Assembly: GCA_028698185.1 (NCBI GenBank)
Contig: JAQVDW010000010.1
Span: 22,519 to 54,518 of the forward strand
From: Erysipelotrichaceae bacterium
GTDB taxonomy: Bacteria > Bacillota_I > Bacilli_A > Erysipelotrichales > Coprobacillaceae
DNA length: 32,000 nucleotides
Reading direction: 5' to 3'
Below, piece after piece: positions 7,757 to 15,444 of this stretch. The translations under genes and the position numbers were made by a program. Below the pieces are notes generated by a model. The model had not been told where the DNA came from and ran no database searches. It was given only the letters and a program-made list of their open reading frames with translations. Every line of letters begins with the position of its first letter. Position 1 is the first letter of the stretch.

Positions 7757-9274
7757 TTATTTTAATAATGATTCGCCATCCATTTCTTCAGGAATTTCAG
7801 TTCCCAAAAGTTGCAGGATTGTCGGCGCCAAATCACCTAATTTACCTTCTTCTTTAAGTTCGAGATGAGTGTTTGTAACAATCAAAGGAACCAGGTTTGT
7901 TGTATGAGCGGTATATGGGTTGTTGTCTTCATCAAGCAACATTTCCGAGTTACCGTGATCGGCAGTAATCAGCATCGTTCCATGGAGTGAAGCCACTTTG
8001 TCGTAAACTTTTCCGACACATTCGTCAACAACGCTTACGGCCTTGATTGCCGCCGAGATGACTCCGGTATGTCCGACCATGTCGCAGTTGGCGAAGTTAA
8101 CGATGATGACATCATGGATGTCCTTGTCAAGTTCTTCCAACAGTTTTTCAGTTACTTCATAAGCCGACATTTCCGGTTGCAAGTCGTAAGTTGCCACTTT
8201 TGGCGAGTTGACCAGGACGCGGGTTGAACCTTCGATTTCCTTGTCGACCCCACCGTCGAAGAAGAATGTCACATGGGCATATTTTTCAGTTTCCGCGATA
8301 CGCAGCTGTTTGAATCCTTTGGCAGCCAGGTAGTCACCCAATGTGTTGGTAAGCACTGGAAGGGCGAATGCGATTTCCCCGTTTACTGTGTCCGCATATT
8401 TCATCATGCAAACGAAAGTCAGGTTGGCCGGCACGTTTTTGTATTCGTAATCGTAAGCAGTCGGGTTGGTCAGGACTGTCGCGATCTGGATGGCGCGGTC
8501 AGGTCTAAAGTTGGCGAAGATCACCGAATCGTTGGCCTTGATTTGTCCGGCTACAGCAGAGTTGTACCCCGGGATGACGAATTCGTCATAAACATCCTTC
8601 GCATATGAATCCTGAACGAAAGCGACCGGATCACTGAATGATTCGCCTTCGCCATTGACCATCGCGTTGAAAGCCAATTCGACACGGTCGAAACGTTTGT
8701 CACGGTCCATCGCATAGTAACGTCCTGAAACCGAAGCCACTTGACCGATTCCGATTTCCGCCATTTTCGCTACCAGTTGCTCAACGAACATCGCTCCTGA
8801 ATCAGGCGCCACGTCACGTCCGTCAAGGAATGCATGGACAAAGACATCTTTGACTCCCGCATCTTTGGCAGCTTGGAGCAATGCGTAGATATGTTCATTT
8901 GACGAGTGGACCCCACCGTCAGAAAGCAATCCCATGATATGTAAAGCGGCGTTGTTTGCTTTGGCGTTTTCGAATGCCTTTACGAACTTTTCGTTTGACG
9001 CGAACTTACCGTCTTTGATTTTCTTGTTGATCAATGTAAGAGACTGATAAACGACTCTTCCGGCTCCAAGATTCAAATGGCCTACTTCAGAGTTCCCCAT
9101 TTGTCCTTCTGGCAATCCCACTTGCTCACCGCTGGCATGCAGCGTAGTTGTCGGGTAGATTGTCATTAGATCATCCAAATTAGGTGTATTTGCCAGTTTG
9201 ACCGCATTGCCATCAAGGCGTGTCGCCAAACCGTAACCATCCATAATGCATAATACTATCGGTCTTTTTTTCAT
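7757..9274 (-). CDS. gpmI: 2,3-bisphosphoglycerate-independent phosphoglycerate mutase
   Basis: 505 aa. IMDGYG, MGNSEVGHLNLGAGR, NFANCDMVGHTG and ADHGN are all iPGM signature blocks. Confidence 0.95.
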   Translation of the reverse strand: MKKRPIVLCIMDGYGLATRLDGNAVKLANTPNLDDLMTIYPTTTLHASGEQVGLPEGQMGNSEVGHLNLGAGRVVYQSLTLINKKIKDGKFASNEKFVKAFENAKANNAALHIMGLLSDGGVHSSNEHIYALLQAAKDAGVKDVFVHAFLDGRDVAPDSGAMFVEQLVAKMAEIGIGQVASVSGRYYAMDRDKRFDRVELAFNAMVNGEGESFSDPVAFVQDSYAKDVYDEFVIPGYNSAVAGQIKANDSVIFANFRPDRAIQIATVLTNPTAYDYEYKNVPANLTFVCMMKYADTVNGEIAFALPVLTNTLGDYLAAKGFKQLRIAETEKYAHVTFFFDGGVDKEIEGSTRVLVNSPKVATYDLQPEMSAYEVTEKLLEELDKDIHDVIIVNFANCDMVGHTGVISAAIKAVSVVDECVGKVYDKVASLHGTMLITADHGNSEMLLDEDNNPYTAHTTNLVPLIVTNTHLELKEEGKLGDLAPTILQLLGTEIPEEMDGESLLK

Positions 9275-9301
9275 TTACTAATCCTCCAATTTTTCTAGTA
9301 A

Positions 9302-9330
9302 ATGATATCATTAAATAGCCCTATTTTCAA
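9302..9330 (-). promoter_or_regulatory. Promoter for gpmI
   Basis: On the minus strand: TTGAAA (9325-9330), 17-nt spacer, TATCAT (9302-9307) preceded by TG. Confidence 0.45.
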
Positions 9331-9420
9331 ACTTTTTATCTTAATATTCAAAAATTGTCAATGCCGATTTATCCATTTCATGATTTTGACCGATAGTTCT
9401 TCTTTTGAAACAATCACTGC

Positions 9421-9449
9421 TTGACTTTTGGGGCAATCCCCTATAATAT
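9421..9449 (+). promoter_or_regulatory. Promoter of the queuosine-precursor operon
   Basis: TTGACT (9421-9426), 17-nt spacer to TAATAT (9444-9449). TATAAT at 9442-9447 would give a 15-nt spacer. Confidence 0.5.
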
Positions 9450-9454
9450 ATGGC

Positions 9455-9497
9455 TAGACAGTTCGTTTGCACCATCCTGTCTCAAAACAAAACTCGG
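9455..9497 (+). promoter_or_regulatory. Candidate preQ1-I riboswitch aptamer
   Basis: P1 is AGACAG (9456-9461) / CUGUCU (9477-9482). The loop begins UUC and ends CACCAUC, and is followed by the A-rich tail CAAAACAAAACUC. This resembles the Bacillus queC aptamer layout and sits in front of queD. Confidence 0.5.
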
Positions 9498-9524
9498 GCT
9501 TATTTTTCCTTTGGGAAAAATTTG

Positions 9525-9547
9525 CAGCCCGGATTGGCTGTTTTTTT
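9525..9547 (+). terminator. Leader terminator (expression platform of the riboswitch)
   Basis: CAGCC (9525-9529) / GGCUG (9536-9540) followed by U7 (9541-9547). The competing pairing CGGGCU (9495-9500) / AGCCCG (9526-9531) would act as an antiterminator. Confidence 0.55.
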
Positions 9548-9564
9548 CATGTAAAGGAGAAAAT

Positions 9565-9981
9565 ATGTACTATCTAACAGTAGAAACCAGCCTTGACGCC
9601 GCTCATTTTCTTAGCGGATATCAAGGCAAATGTCAAAATATCCATGGTCACCAATGGAAGATCATCGTGACCATCAAATCAAGCGACCTGATCAAGGAAG
9701 GACCGTGCACCGACATGGTCGTCGATTTCAAGGAATTGAAGGCGATTGTCAAAAAGGAAGTCGACTACTTCGACCACAGCCTGATCATCAAAAAGGGCAG
9801 TCTTGACCAGAGGGCCCTGGAAAGCCTGTCGAACTTCCTGATCCGCGAGCTCGACTTCCAGCCGACAGCCGAACGGCTGGCTTACTACTTCTATCACCAG
9901 ATCAAGAGCCACGGTCTTGACGTGGACCAGGTGGCCATTTATGAAACACCGGCCAACCAGGCCATCTACAAGGAGGCCTGA
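9565..9981 (+). CDS. queD: 6-carboxy-5,6,7,8-tetrahydropterin synthase
   Basis: MYYLTVETSLDAAHFL...CQNIHGHQW has the PTPS/QueD His triad context. AAAGGAG SD present. The 48 upstream codons in the track ORF are leader RNA. Confidence 0.9.
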   Translation: MYYLTVETSLDAAHFLSGYQGKCQNIHGHQWKIIVTIKSSDLIKEGPCTDMVVDFKELKAIVKKEVDYFDHSLIIKKGSLDQRALESLSNFLIRELDFQPTAERLAYYFYHQIKSHGLDVDQVAIYETPANQAIYKEA

Positions 9982-10667
9982 TGATGGCGATAACCTATCC
10001 TGTAGTCGAGAAATTCGTCTCGATCAATGGCGAAGGGCTTTATCAGGGCTATCCCGCGGTCTTCATCCGGTTTGCCGGATGCAACCTGGCCTGCAGCTAC
10101 TGCGACACCCTGTATGCCAACAATCCCGATTGCGCCAGCGAGCGACTCGAAGCCAGTCAGCTCAAAGATTATGTGATCGACAGCGGTGTTTATCACGTGA
10201 CCCTGACCGGGGGCGAGCCGTTGCTTCAGCCCAATATGGAACACCTGCTTGAAAGCATCTGCTCGATCGAAGGCTGCACGGTGGAAATCGAAACGAACGG
10301 TTCGGTGGAAATCGCCGCCTTGGCCGCCTACCGCAAGAGCCACAATGTTCCATTCATCTTCACCCTGGACTACAAGCTGCCCGGCAGCCTGATGGAACAG
10401 CACAACCGGCTCGACAACTATGCCCATCTGACAAAAGGCGACGCCGTGAAATTCGTGATCGGTGACCTTGAGGACTTCAACAGAGCCTGCTCGATCGTGA
10501 ACGACCATGATCTGACCGGATTGACCAACGTGATTTTCTCTCCGGTCTATGGCAAAGTGAGTAGCGACAAGCTAGTCGAATGGCTGCTTGAAAAAGGAAT
10601 GATGCAGGTCAAGGTCCAGCTGCAGATCCACAAATACATCTGGGACCCCCAGACAAAAGGAGTATAA
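9981..10667 (+). CDS. queE: 7-carboxy-7-deazaguanine synthase (radical SAM)
   Basis: Radical SAM cluster motif CNLACSYCD, and the FVSINGEG start typical of QueE. The start overlaps the queD stop (TGATG). Confidence 0.9.
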   Translation: MMAITYPVVEKFVSINGEGLYQGYPAVFIRFAGCNLACSYCDTLYANNPDCASERLEASQLKDYVIDSGVYHVTLTGGEPLLQPNMEHLLESICSIEGCTVEIETNGSVEIAALAAYRKSHNVPFIFTLDYKLPGSLMEQHNRLDNYAHLTKGDAVKFVIGDLEDFNRACSIVNDHDLTGLTNVIFSPVYGKVSSDKLVEWLLEKGMMQVKVQLQIHKYIWDPQTKGV

Positions 10668-10669
10668 CC

Positions 10670-11257
10670 ATGGCAATAGACCAAGAAAAAATAGAATACC
10701 ACATCCGGGGCCTGCTTGAGGCGATTGGCGAGGATCCCGAGCGCGAAGGCCTCAAGGAGACACCCCAGCGGGTGGCAAAAATGTACAGCGAGGTTTTCGA
10801 GGGAATCAACTACAGCAACCAGGAAATCGCCACAATGTTCGACAAGACCTTCAGCGACGACCTTGACCTTAGCACTGCCCAGGACATGGTCATCGTCAAG
10901 GACATTTCCGCCTTTAGCTACTGCGAGCATCATCTTGCATTGATGTACGACATGAAGATCGCCGTGGGCTACATTCCCAACGGCAAGGTCATCGGGTTGT
11001 CGAAAATCGCCCGGATCGTCGACATGGTGTGCAAACGGCTCCAGCTCCAGGAGCGCATCGGCAGCGACATCGCCACGGTCATCACGATGGTCACTGGCAG
11101 CCCTGATGTGGCGGTCGCCATCAAGGCGAGCCACAGCTGCATGACCGCGCGGGGTATCTCCAATGTGACCAGCTCCACAATAACCAACACCTGGCGGGGC
11201 CGTTTCCAGAACGACCAGAACAGCCAGCTCAAATTCCTGATGGAAATCCAGAGGTAA
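10670..11257 (+). CDS. folE: GTP cyclohydrolase I
   Basis: 195 aa. [23 protein letters not shown] and GLSKI.RIV are FolE signature blocks. Confidence 0.9.
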   Translation: MAIDQEKIEYHIRGLLEAIGEDPEREGLKETPQRVAKMYSEVFEGINYSNQEIATMFDKTFSDDLDLSTAQDMVIVKDISAFSYCEHHLALMYDMKIAVGYIPNGKVIGLSKIARIVDMVCKRLQLQERIGSDIATVITMVTGSPDVAVAIKASHSCMTARGISNVTSSTITNTWRGRFQNDQNSQLKFLMEIQR

Positions 11258-11262
11258 ACGAG

Positions 11263-11967
11263 ATGACAAAAGTAATGGTACTTTCCAGCGGCGGCATCGA
11301 TTCGACAACATGCCTTGCCCTGGCGATAGAAAAATACGGAAAAGAAAACGTGATATCCCTGAGCATCTGGTATGGCCAGAAACACGACCGGGAAATCACC
11401 GCGGCCGCCAATGTCGCCGCCTACTACCAGATCGAACACCGCCAGCTTGATTTGACCCCGATTTTCAAAAACAGCGACTGTTCCTTGCTCAAAGGTTCCA
11501 CCCAGGAAATTCCCGAAGAGTCCTACGCCACCCAGCTTGCCAAGGCTGAGGGCAAACCGGTTTCGACCTACGTCCCTTTTCGCAATGGTCTGTTCCTTTC
11601 GTCGGCCGCTTCCCTGGCCATCATCGACGGATGCTCGATCATCTATTACGGAGCCCATCAGGACGATGCCAGCGGCGATGCCTATCCCGACTGTTCAGAC
11701 GCCTTCAACCAGGCGATGAACCAGGCGATCTACCTGGGCAGTGGCAAGCAGGTCCATATCGAGGCGCCTTTTGTCGCCAACACCAAGGAAGAAGTCGTCA
11801 AACTGGGATTGGAACTAAACGCACCTTACCATCTTACCTACAGCTGCTACCAGGGTGGACAAATCCCCTGTGGCAAGTGTGGAACCTGCATCCAGCGGGC
11901 GCAGGCATTTTCAGCCAACAACGCCATCGACCCCGCATTGAAAGGAGAAACAAATGAATCAGTCTGA
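11263..11967 (+). CDS. queC: 7-cyano-7-deazaguanine synthase
   Basis: PP-loop SGGIDST, and the C-terminal CGKCGTC zinc cluster. Confidence 0.95.
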   Translation: MTKVMVLSSGGIDSTTCLALAIEKYGKENVISLSIWYGQKHDREITAAANVAAYYQIEHRQLDLTPIFKNSDCSLLKGSTQEIPEESYATQLAKAEGKPVSTYVPFRNGLFLSSAASLAIIDGCSIIYYGAHQDDASGDAYPDCSDAFNQAMNQAIYLGSGKQVHIEAPFVANTKEEVVKLGLELNAPYHLTYSCYQGGQIPCGKCGTCIQRAQAFSANNAIDPALKGETNESV

Positions 11968-12448
11968 CCGCGCCAACGACAATCTCCAGCTCCTTGGCAA
12001 CCAGTCCACCAACTATCCCACCAGCTATGACCCGGGCGTCCTCGAGTCTTTCGACAACAAACACCCGGAAAACGACTATTTCGTGAAATTCAACTGCCCT
12101 GAATTCACCAGCCTTTGTCCGATCACCAACCAGCCCGACTTTGCGACCATCTACATCTCATATGTCCCCAACATCAAGATGGTGGAAAGCAAGTCGCTCA
12201 AGCTCTATCTGTTCAGCTTCCGCAATCATGGTGACTTCCACGAGGATTGCGTCAATATCATAATGAAGGATCTCATCAGGCTTCTCGACCCCAAATATAT
12301 CGAAGTCTGGGGGAAATTCACCCCAAGAGGCGGGATCTCGATTGACCCTTATGTCAATTACGGTCAGCCCGACACCCCATGGCACCAGGTTGCATTCAAC
12401 CGGATGGCCAACCATGACATGTACCTCGAAAAAATCGACAATCGTTAA
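11954..12448 (+). CDS. queF: NADPH-dependent 7-cyano-7-deazaguanine reductase (type I, YkvM-like)
   Basis: [15 protein letters not shown] (catalytic Cys) and the [15 protein letters not shown] QueF motif. It overlaps queC by 14 nt. Confidence 0.9.
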   Translation: MNQSDRANDNLQLLGNQSTNYPTSYDPGVLESFDNKHPENDYFVKFNCPEFTSLCPITNQPDFATIYISYVPNIKMVESKSLKLYLFSFRNHGDFHEDCVNIIMKDLIRLLDPKYIEVWGKFTPRGGISIDPYVNYGQPDTPWHQVAFNRMANHDMYLEKIDNR

Positions 12449-12734
12449 CTAACGCCCTTTGCTTTCCTGATGGCCTGGACCATTTCCCCATGGTGCCCCA
12501 ACCAGACCTTGAATGCACCAGAATCATCTTCATCCAGGGATAACCGGAAATTGGATGCTTCCTGATCGCCAAGTCACCGAAGCGATTGAGGTTCCTCCTG
12601 GTTCGAATCATCCAAATCGCGAACGATACCACCCGATCAAATGCGGATCGGTCAACGCAGTGGCCGTTCCGGATGAATCGCGGGAATGGTTTTTAAAATC
12701 GGGGTATTCGTCCCATGATCTGCGGCAATATGCC
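12445..12734 (-). pseudogene. Possible decayed gene remnant (unidentified)
   Basis: One minus-strand frame reads protein-like, ending ...[35 protein letters not shown]. It is interrupted by three in-frame TGA codons (12652-12654, 12637-12639, 12574-12576). No start or SD is present. Confidence 0.2.
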
Positions 12735-12770
12735 AAAAAAAAGAGGATTCGTCATGAATCCTCTTTTTGT
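12735..12770. terminator. Bidirectional intrinsic terminator
   Basis: A8, then agaggattc (12742-12750) / gaatcctct (12756-12764), then T5. It serves the que operon (plus) and the ftsEX operon (minus). Confidence 0.8.
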
Positions 12771-12784
12771 ATATTGTCGCAAGG

Positions 12785-13171
12785 CTATGATTCCTCGATG
12801 AATTTTCGTGAATAGTTGAGAAGTTGCGAGACGCGGACTTCCTCATATCCCTGCTGCGAGTGGACCTGGATGAGATCCTGGTTTTGCATTTCGAAGCGGT
12901 TCGCATGGATAATCGAATTTATGTCCTCGCGGATACGGCGATCAAGCCGCAGGAAGCTGTTCTCATGCATCTTGCGCAGGATGATGCAGAGTCCCGCCAA
13001 AGCCAGCTCAAGGTCGACCTGGGACTGGATCAGATCCTTCTTGAGATATTCCTGGTCGATATTCTCATACATCGGCAGTTTCATGATCTTGTTGAGGACC
13101 GTCTGGACCGATATTATTTCGTGTTCGAGCTGTTCCTGGTAACAGCGCCTTTTGATTGTGCGCTTGCTCAT
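12785..13171 (-). CDS. Hypothetical 128-aa helical protein translationally coupled to ftsX
   Basis: The ATG overlaps the ftsX TAA (TAATG at 13169-13173). No signal peptide or TM helix, charged and helical composition, and resident-like GC. No family recognised. Confidence 0.6.
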   Translation of the reverse strand: MSKRTIKRRCYQEQLEHEIISVQTVLNKIMKLPMYENIDQEYLKKDLIQSQVDLELALAGLCIILRKMHENSFLRLDRRIREDINSIIHANRFEMQNQDLIQVHSQQGYEEVRVSQLLNYSRKFIEES

Positions 13172-14082
13172 TAGAACTTCAGGTAACGGCGGATCGAGAT
13201 GAATGAGCCGATAATTCCGACTCCGGCTCCAAGGCCAACCAGGGCCTGAACAAGCTGGACGATGACCGCTCCGGGTTCAACAAGTGAGAGCATCTGGGTC
13301 ACGACCATGCCGTTGGTGATTTTGTAGATGTAGTCATAGCCATAAAAAAGCATGACACAAGGCAGGATGGCTCCGACCAGACCGATAAGCATGCCCTCGA
13401 GCATGAACGGAATCCGGATATACCAGTTGCTGGCCCCGACCATCCGCATGATCGAGATTTCGGTCTTGCGGGTGTCGATGGTGATCTTGACTGTGTTGGC
13501 GATCATGAACAGCGCGATGACTCCCAATGCGACCACGAAAATCGTTCCGCCGTTACGCACAGTATTGAGGGTCTTGATCAGATCAGTAGTCGAATCGCCA
13601 CCGTAGTCGACAGTGTTGACATCTTCAATTGCGGTGATTTTTTGCGCAGTCTGCCCGATCAGATCGGGATTGGTAACCGTTACCGTATAGGCCGCTCCCA
13701 ACGGATTGTCTTCGCGGTAGCTTTCAAATAGTGCGGCTCCGGCTTCCCCTTGGGATTCGATCAACCGGTCAAGCTCGGCGCTTTTAGACGAGTATTCGAC
13801 ATTGGCGATATTGTCTAGAGCCAAGATCTGGGTACCGACCGCCTCGGCCTGGGCGTCGTCGATGGTCCGGTCAAGTTTGACGTAGATGCTGATCTCATCT
13901 TCGATCGAGCTGGAAATATCCTGGACGTTGAAGGCCACCAGCCCGACGATCCCGATCATGGCCAGAGTGATGGTGACCGCAAAGATCGACGAGAACGACA
14001 TGACGTTGTTTCTGATTAAATTTTGCAGCGCAGTCTTGAAATGGCGCGGCAGATTCTTGAATGTACTTATTAATTCACGCAT
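13171..14082 (-). CDS. ftsX: Cell-division ABC transporter permease FtsX
   Basis: 303 aa with an N-terminal TM helix, a large external loop, three C-terminal TM helices and a typical FtsX C-terminal block. It lies immediately after ftsE. Confidence 0.9.
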   Translation of the reverse strand: MRELISTFKNLPRHFKTALQNLIRNNVMSFSSIFAVTITLAMIGIVGLVAFNVQDISSSIEDEISIYVKLDRTIDDAQAEAVGTQILALDNIANVEYSSKSAELDRLIESQGEAGAALFESYREDNPLGAAYTVTVTNPDLIGQTAQKITAIEDVNTVDYGGDSTTDLIKTLNTVRNGGTIFVVALGVIALFMIANTVKITIDTRKTEISIMRMVGASNWYIRIPFMLEGMLIGLVGAILPCVMLFYGYDYIYKITNGMVVTQMLSLVEPGAVIVQLVQALVGLGAGVGIIGSFISIRRYLKF

Positions 14083-14762
14083 TATATTCCATATCCCCCT
14101 GTGCTTGTATCACTGTCGATATAACCGTTGTCAATTACGATTGTCCGCTTCTTGTTCGACTGGACAACCTCCCGGTCATGTGTGACAACCAAGACAGTAG
14201 TTCCTGACTGGTTGATTTTTTCGAGCAGCTCGATGATCTCGACCGAAGTGTCCGGATCGAGATTTCCGGTCGGCTCGTCGGCGATAAGCAGTTTTGGATT
14301 GTTGACGATGGCCCGGGCTATCGCCACGCGTTGCTGTTGCCCGCCTGAGAGTTCATGGGGAAAGGCGTTGATCTTTTCGCCAAGTCCCACCAAGTCAAGA
14401 GTCTGGCGCACCTGTTTGCGGATCTCGTGGCGAGGCGTGTCGATCACTTCCAGGGCGTAGGCCACGTTTTCGAAGACGGTTTTGGTTGGCAGGAGCCGGA
14501 AATCCTGGAAAACCACGCCGATATTGCGGCGGAAGTAAGGCACTTTGCGGTTCGGGATTTTGGCGACGTCAAGACCGACAACTTCGACAATGCCGGTTGT
14601 GGGCTTGATTTCCCGGTACAACAGCTTGATGAATGTCGATTTCCCGGAACCAGTCGTTCCGATGACATAGACAAATTCGCCCGAATCGATCGTTAATGAA
14701 ACATTATTTAAAGCCCGGATGCCCCGGTTATATGTTTTAGATACGTTTTCTAATCTTATCAT
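14082..14762 (-). CDS. ftsE: Cell-division ATP-binding protein FtsE
   Basis: MIRLENVSKTY start, Walker A GTTGSGKST, signature LSGGQQQR, Walker B LLIADEP. The ATG at 14762 has an AAAGGAG SD; the 17 extra codons in the track ORF are rejected. Confidence 0.9.
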   Translation of the reverse strand: MIRLENVSKTYNRGIRALNNVSLTIDSGEFVYVIGTTGSGKSTFIKLLYREIKPTTGIVEVVGLDVAKIPNRKVPYFRRNIGVVFQDFRLLPTKTVFENVAYALEVIDTPRHEIRKQVRQTLDLVGLGEKINAFPHELSGGQQQRVAIARAIVNNPKLLIADEPTGNLDPDTSVEIIELLEKINQSGTTVLVVTHDREVVQSNKKRTIVIDNGYIDSDTSTGGYGI

Positions 14763-14789
14763 TTTAGACTCCTTTTTTGTTACTACACT

Positions 14790-14817
14790 ATTATAACAAA
14801 TTAATTTTTTCAAACAA
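14790..14817 (-). promoter_or_regulatory. Promoter for ftsEX
   Basis: On the minus strand: TTGTTT (14812-14817), 16-nt spacer, TGtTATAAT extended -10 (TATAAT = 14790-14795). Confidence 0.5.
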
Positions 14818-14874
14818 CATTTTCCACAAGATTTCTCAATTTAACACATTTGAACTTAAACCCGGCACTCTTTG

Positions 14875-14883
14875 TGCTATAAT
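14875..14883 (+). promoter_or_regulatory. Extended -10 promoter element for the 14904 gene
   Basis: TGcTATAAT (TG 14875-14876, TATAAT 14878-14883); the -35 is weak. Confidence 0.4.
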
Positions 14884-14903
14884 CAAATAAAGGAGGGTGT
14901 ACC

Positions 14904-15170
14904 ATGGAGAGAAAATGTTTAAGGTGCCAGACGCCCATGCTGGAAAACTGCCACCTCAATTTCAGCCATGACCACCTGCTTCTTTGTCATGAGCTGGTCA
15001 TCGACAGGGACGACTACACCAAGGCGACCCACCATTTGAAGTGCGCCTACTGCCCAAGCTGCGGCTATGTCGAGACATATTTCGAAACCGAGCCGATCAA
15101 ACAGATAGCCCCCCGGAAAGTGTCCAACAGTTATCAAGAACAGGTGATCGCGAAAAAAAAGCTGAGGTAA
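14904..15170 (+). CDS. Small zinc-ribbon protein, function unknown
   Basis: 88 aa with CLRC near the N-terminus and CAYCPSC later. AAAGGAGG SD present and a terminator immediately downstream. Confidence 0.55.
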   Translation: MERKCLRCQTPMLENCHLNFSHDHLLLCHELVIDRDDYTKATHHLKCAYCPSCGYVETYFETEPIKQIAPRKVSNSYQEQVIAKKKLR

Positions 15171-15190
15171 TCCGCCTCAGCTTTTTCGTT
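15153..15190. terminator. Bidirectional terminator
   Basis: A8, then gctgagg (15161-15167) / cctcagc (15175-15181), then T5. It is shared by the plus-strand zinc-ribbon gene and the minus-strand PTS operon. Confidence 0.75.
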
Positions 15191-15440
15191 GGTTATTGAG
15201 AATATTATTGAATTTTTGTTGCCCCCGGTAAATCCCATAGCCCACAACCAGACTGGCGCTGGCCATAAGACCAGCCACGATCCCCAAGAAAATGGTGAGG
15301 TTTGGATGATGGCGAGCGACAAGCATTCCCAGCAAGGCCAGGAACATCCCAATCAGGCAGTCAAGAAGCCAGATTTTAAGGCGCCCGACCATGATCTGGT
15401 GGAACTTGAGCTGCTGATAAATTGATGGAGTTGCGTCCAT
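15177..15440 (-). CDS. Small two-TM membrane protein, last gene of the PTS operon
   Basis: The ATG at 15440 lies 4 nt after the IID stop. 87 aa with two hydrophobic helices (IWLLDCLIGMFLALLGMLVA and LTIFLGIVAGLMASASLVVGYGI). It ends in the terminator. Confidence 0.55.
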   Translation of the reverse strand: MDATPSIYQQLKFHQIMVGRLKIWLLDCLIGMFLALLGMLVARHHPNLTIFLGIVAGLMASASLVVGYGIYRGQQKFNNILNNQRKS

Positions 15441-15444
15441 ATGA

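Noticed and set aside
9421-9564. 48-codon N-terminal extension of queD in the ORF track (TTG start at 9421)
   Set aside because: The TTG is the -35 hexamer of the promoter. The stretch contains the riboswitch-like stem, a terminator and a U7 run. The ATG at 9565 has a perfect SD, and QueD homologues start there.
9966-11658. Minus-strand ORFs of 180, 254 and 229 aa across queE, folE and queC
   Set aside because: They are antisense to three enzymes with clear catalytic motifs, have no ribosome-binding sites, and show shadow-frame composition.
12600-12610. GGTTCGAATCA, resembling a tRNA T-loop
   Set aside because: The flanking bases (CCTGG / CATCC) cannot form a T-stem, and no acceptor or anticodon arms can be drawn. 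It is not a tRNA.
14763-14813. N-terminal extensions given by the ORF track for ftsE (14763-14813), PTS IID (16279-16395), PTS IIA (18070-18090), hisC (5620-5631) and the YitT-family gene (28145-28153)
   Set aside because: In each case an internal ATG with a good SD matches the conserved family N-terminus. The extension overlaps the upstream gene or starts at a TTG or GTG without an SD.
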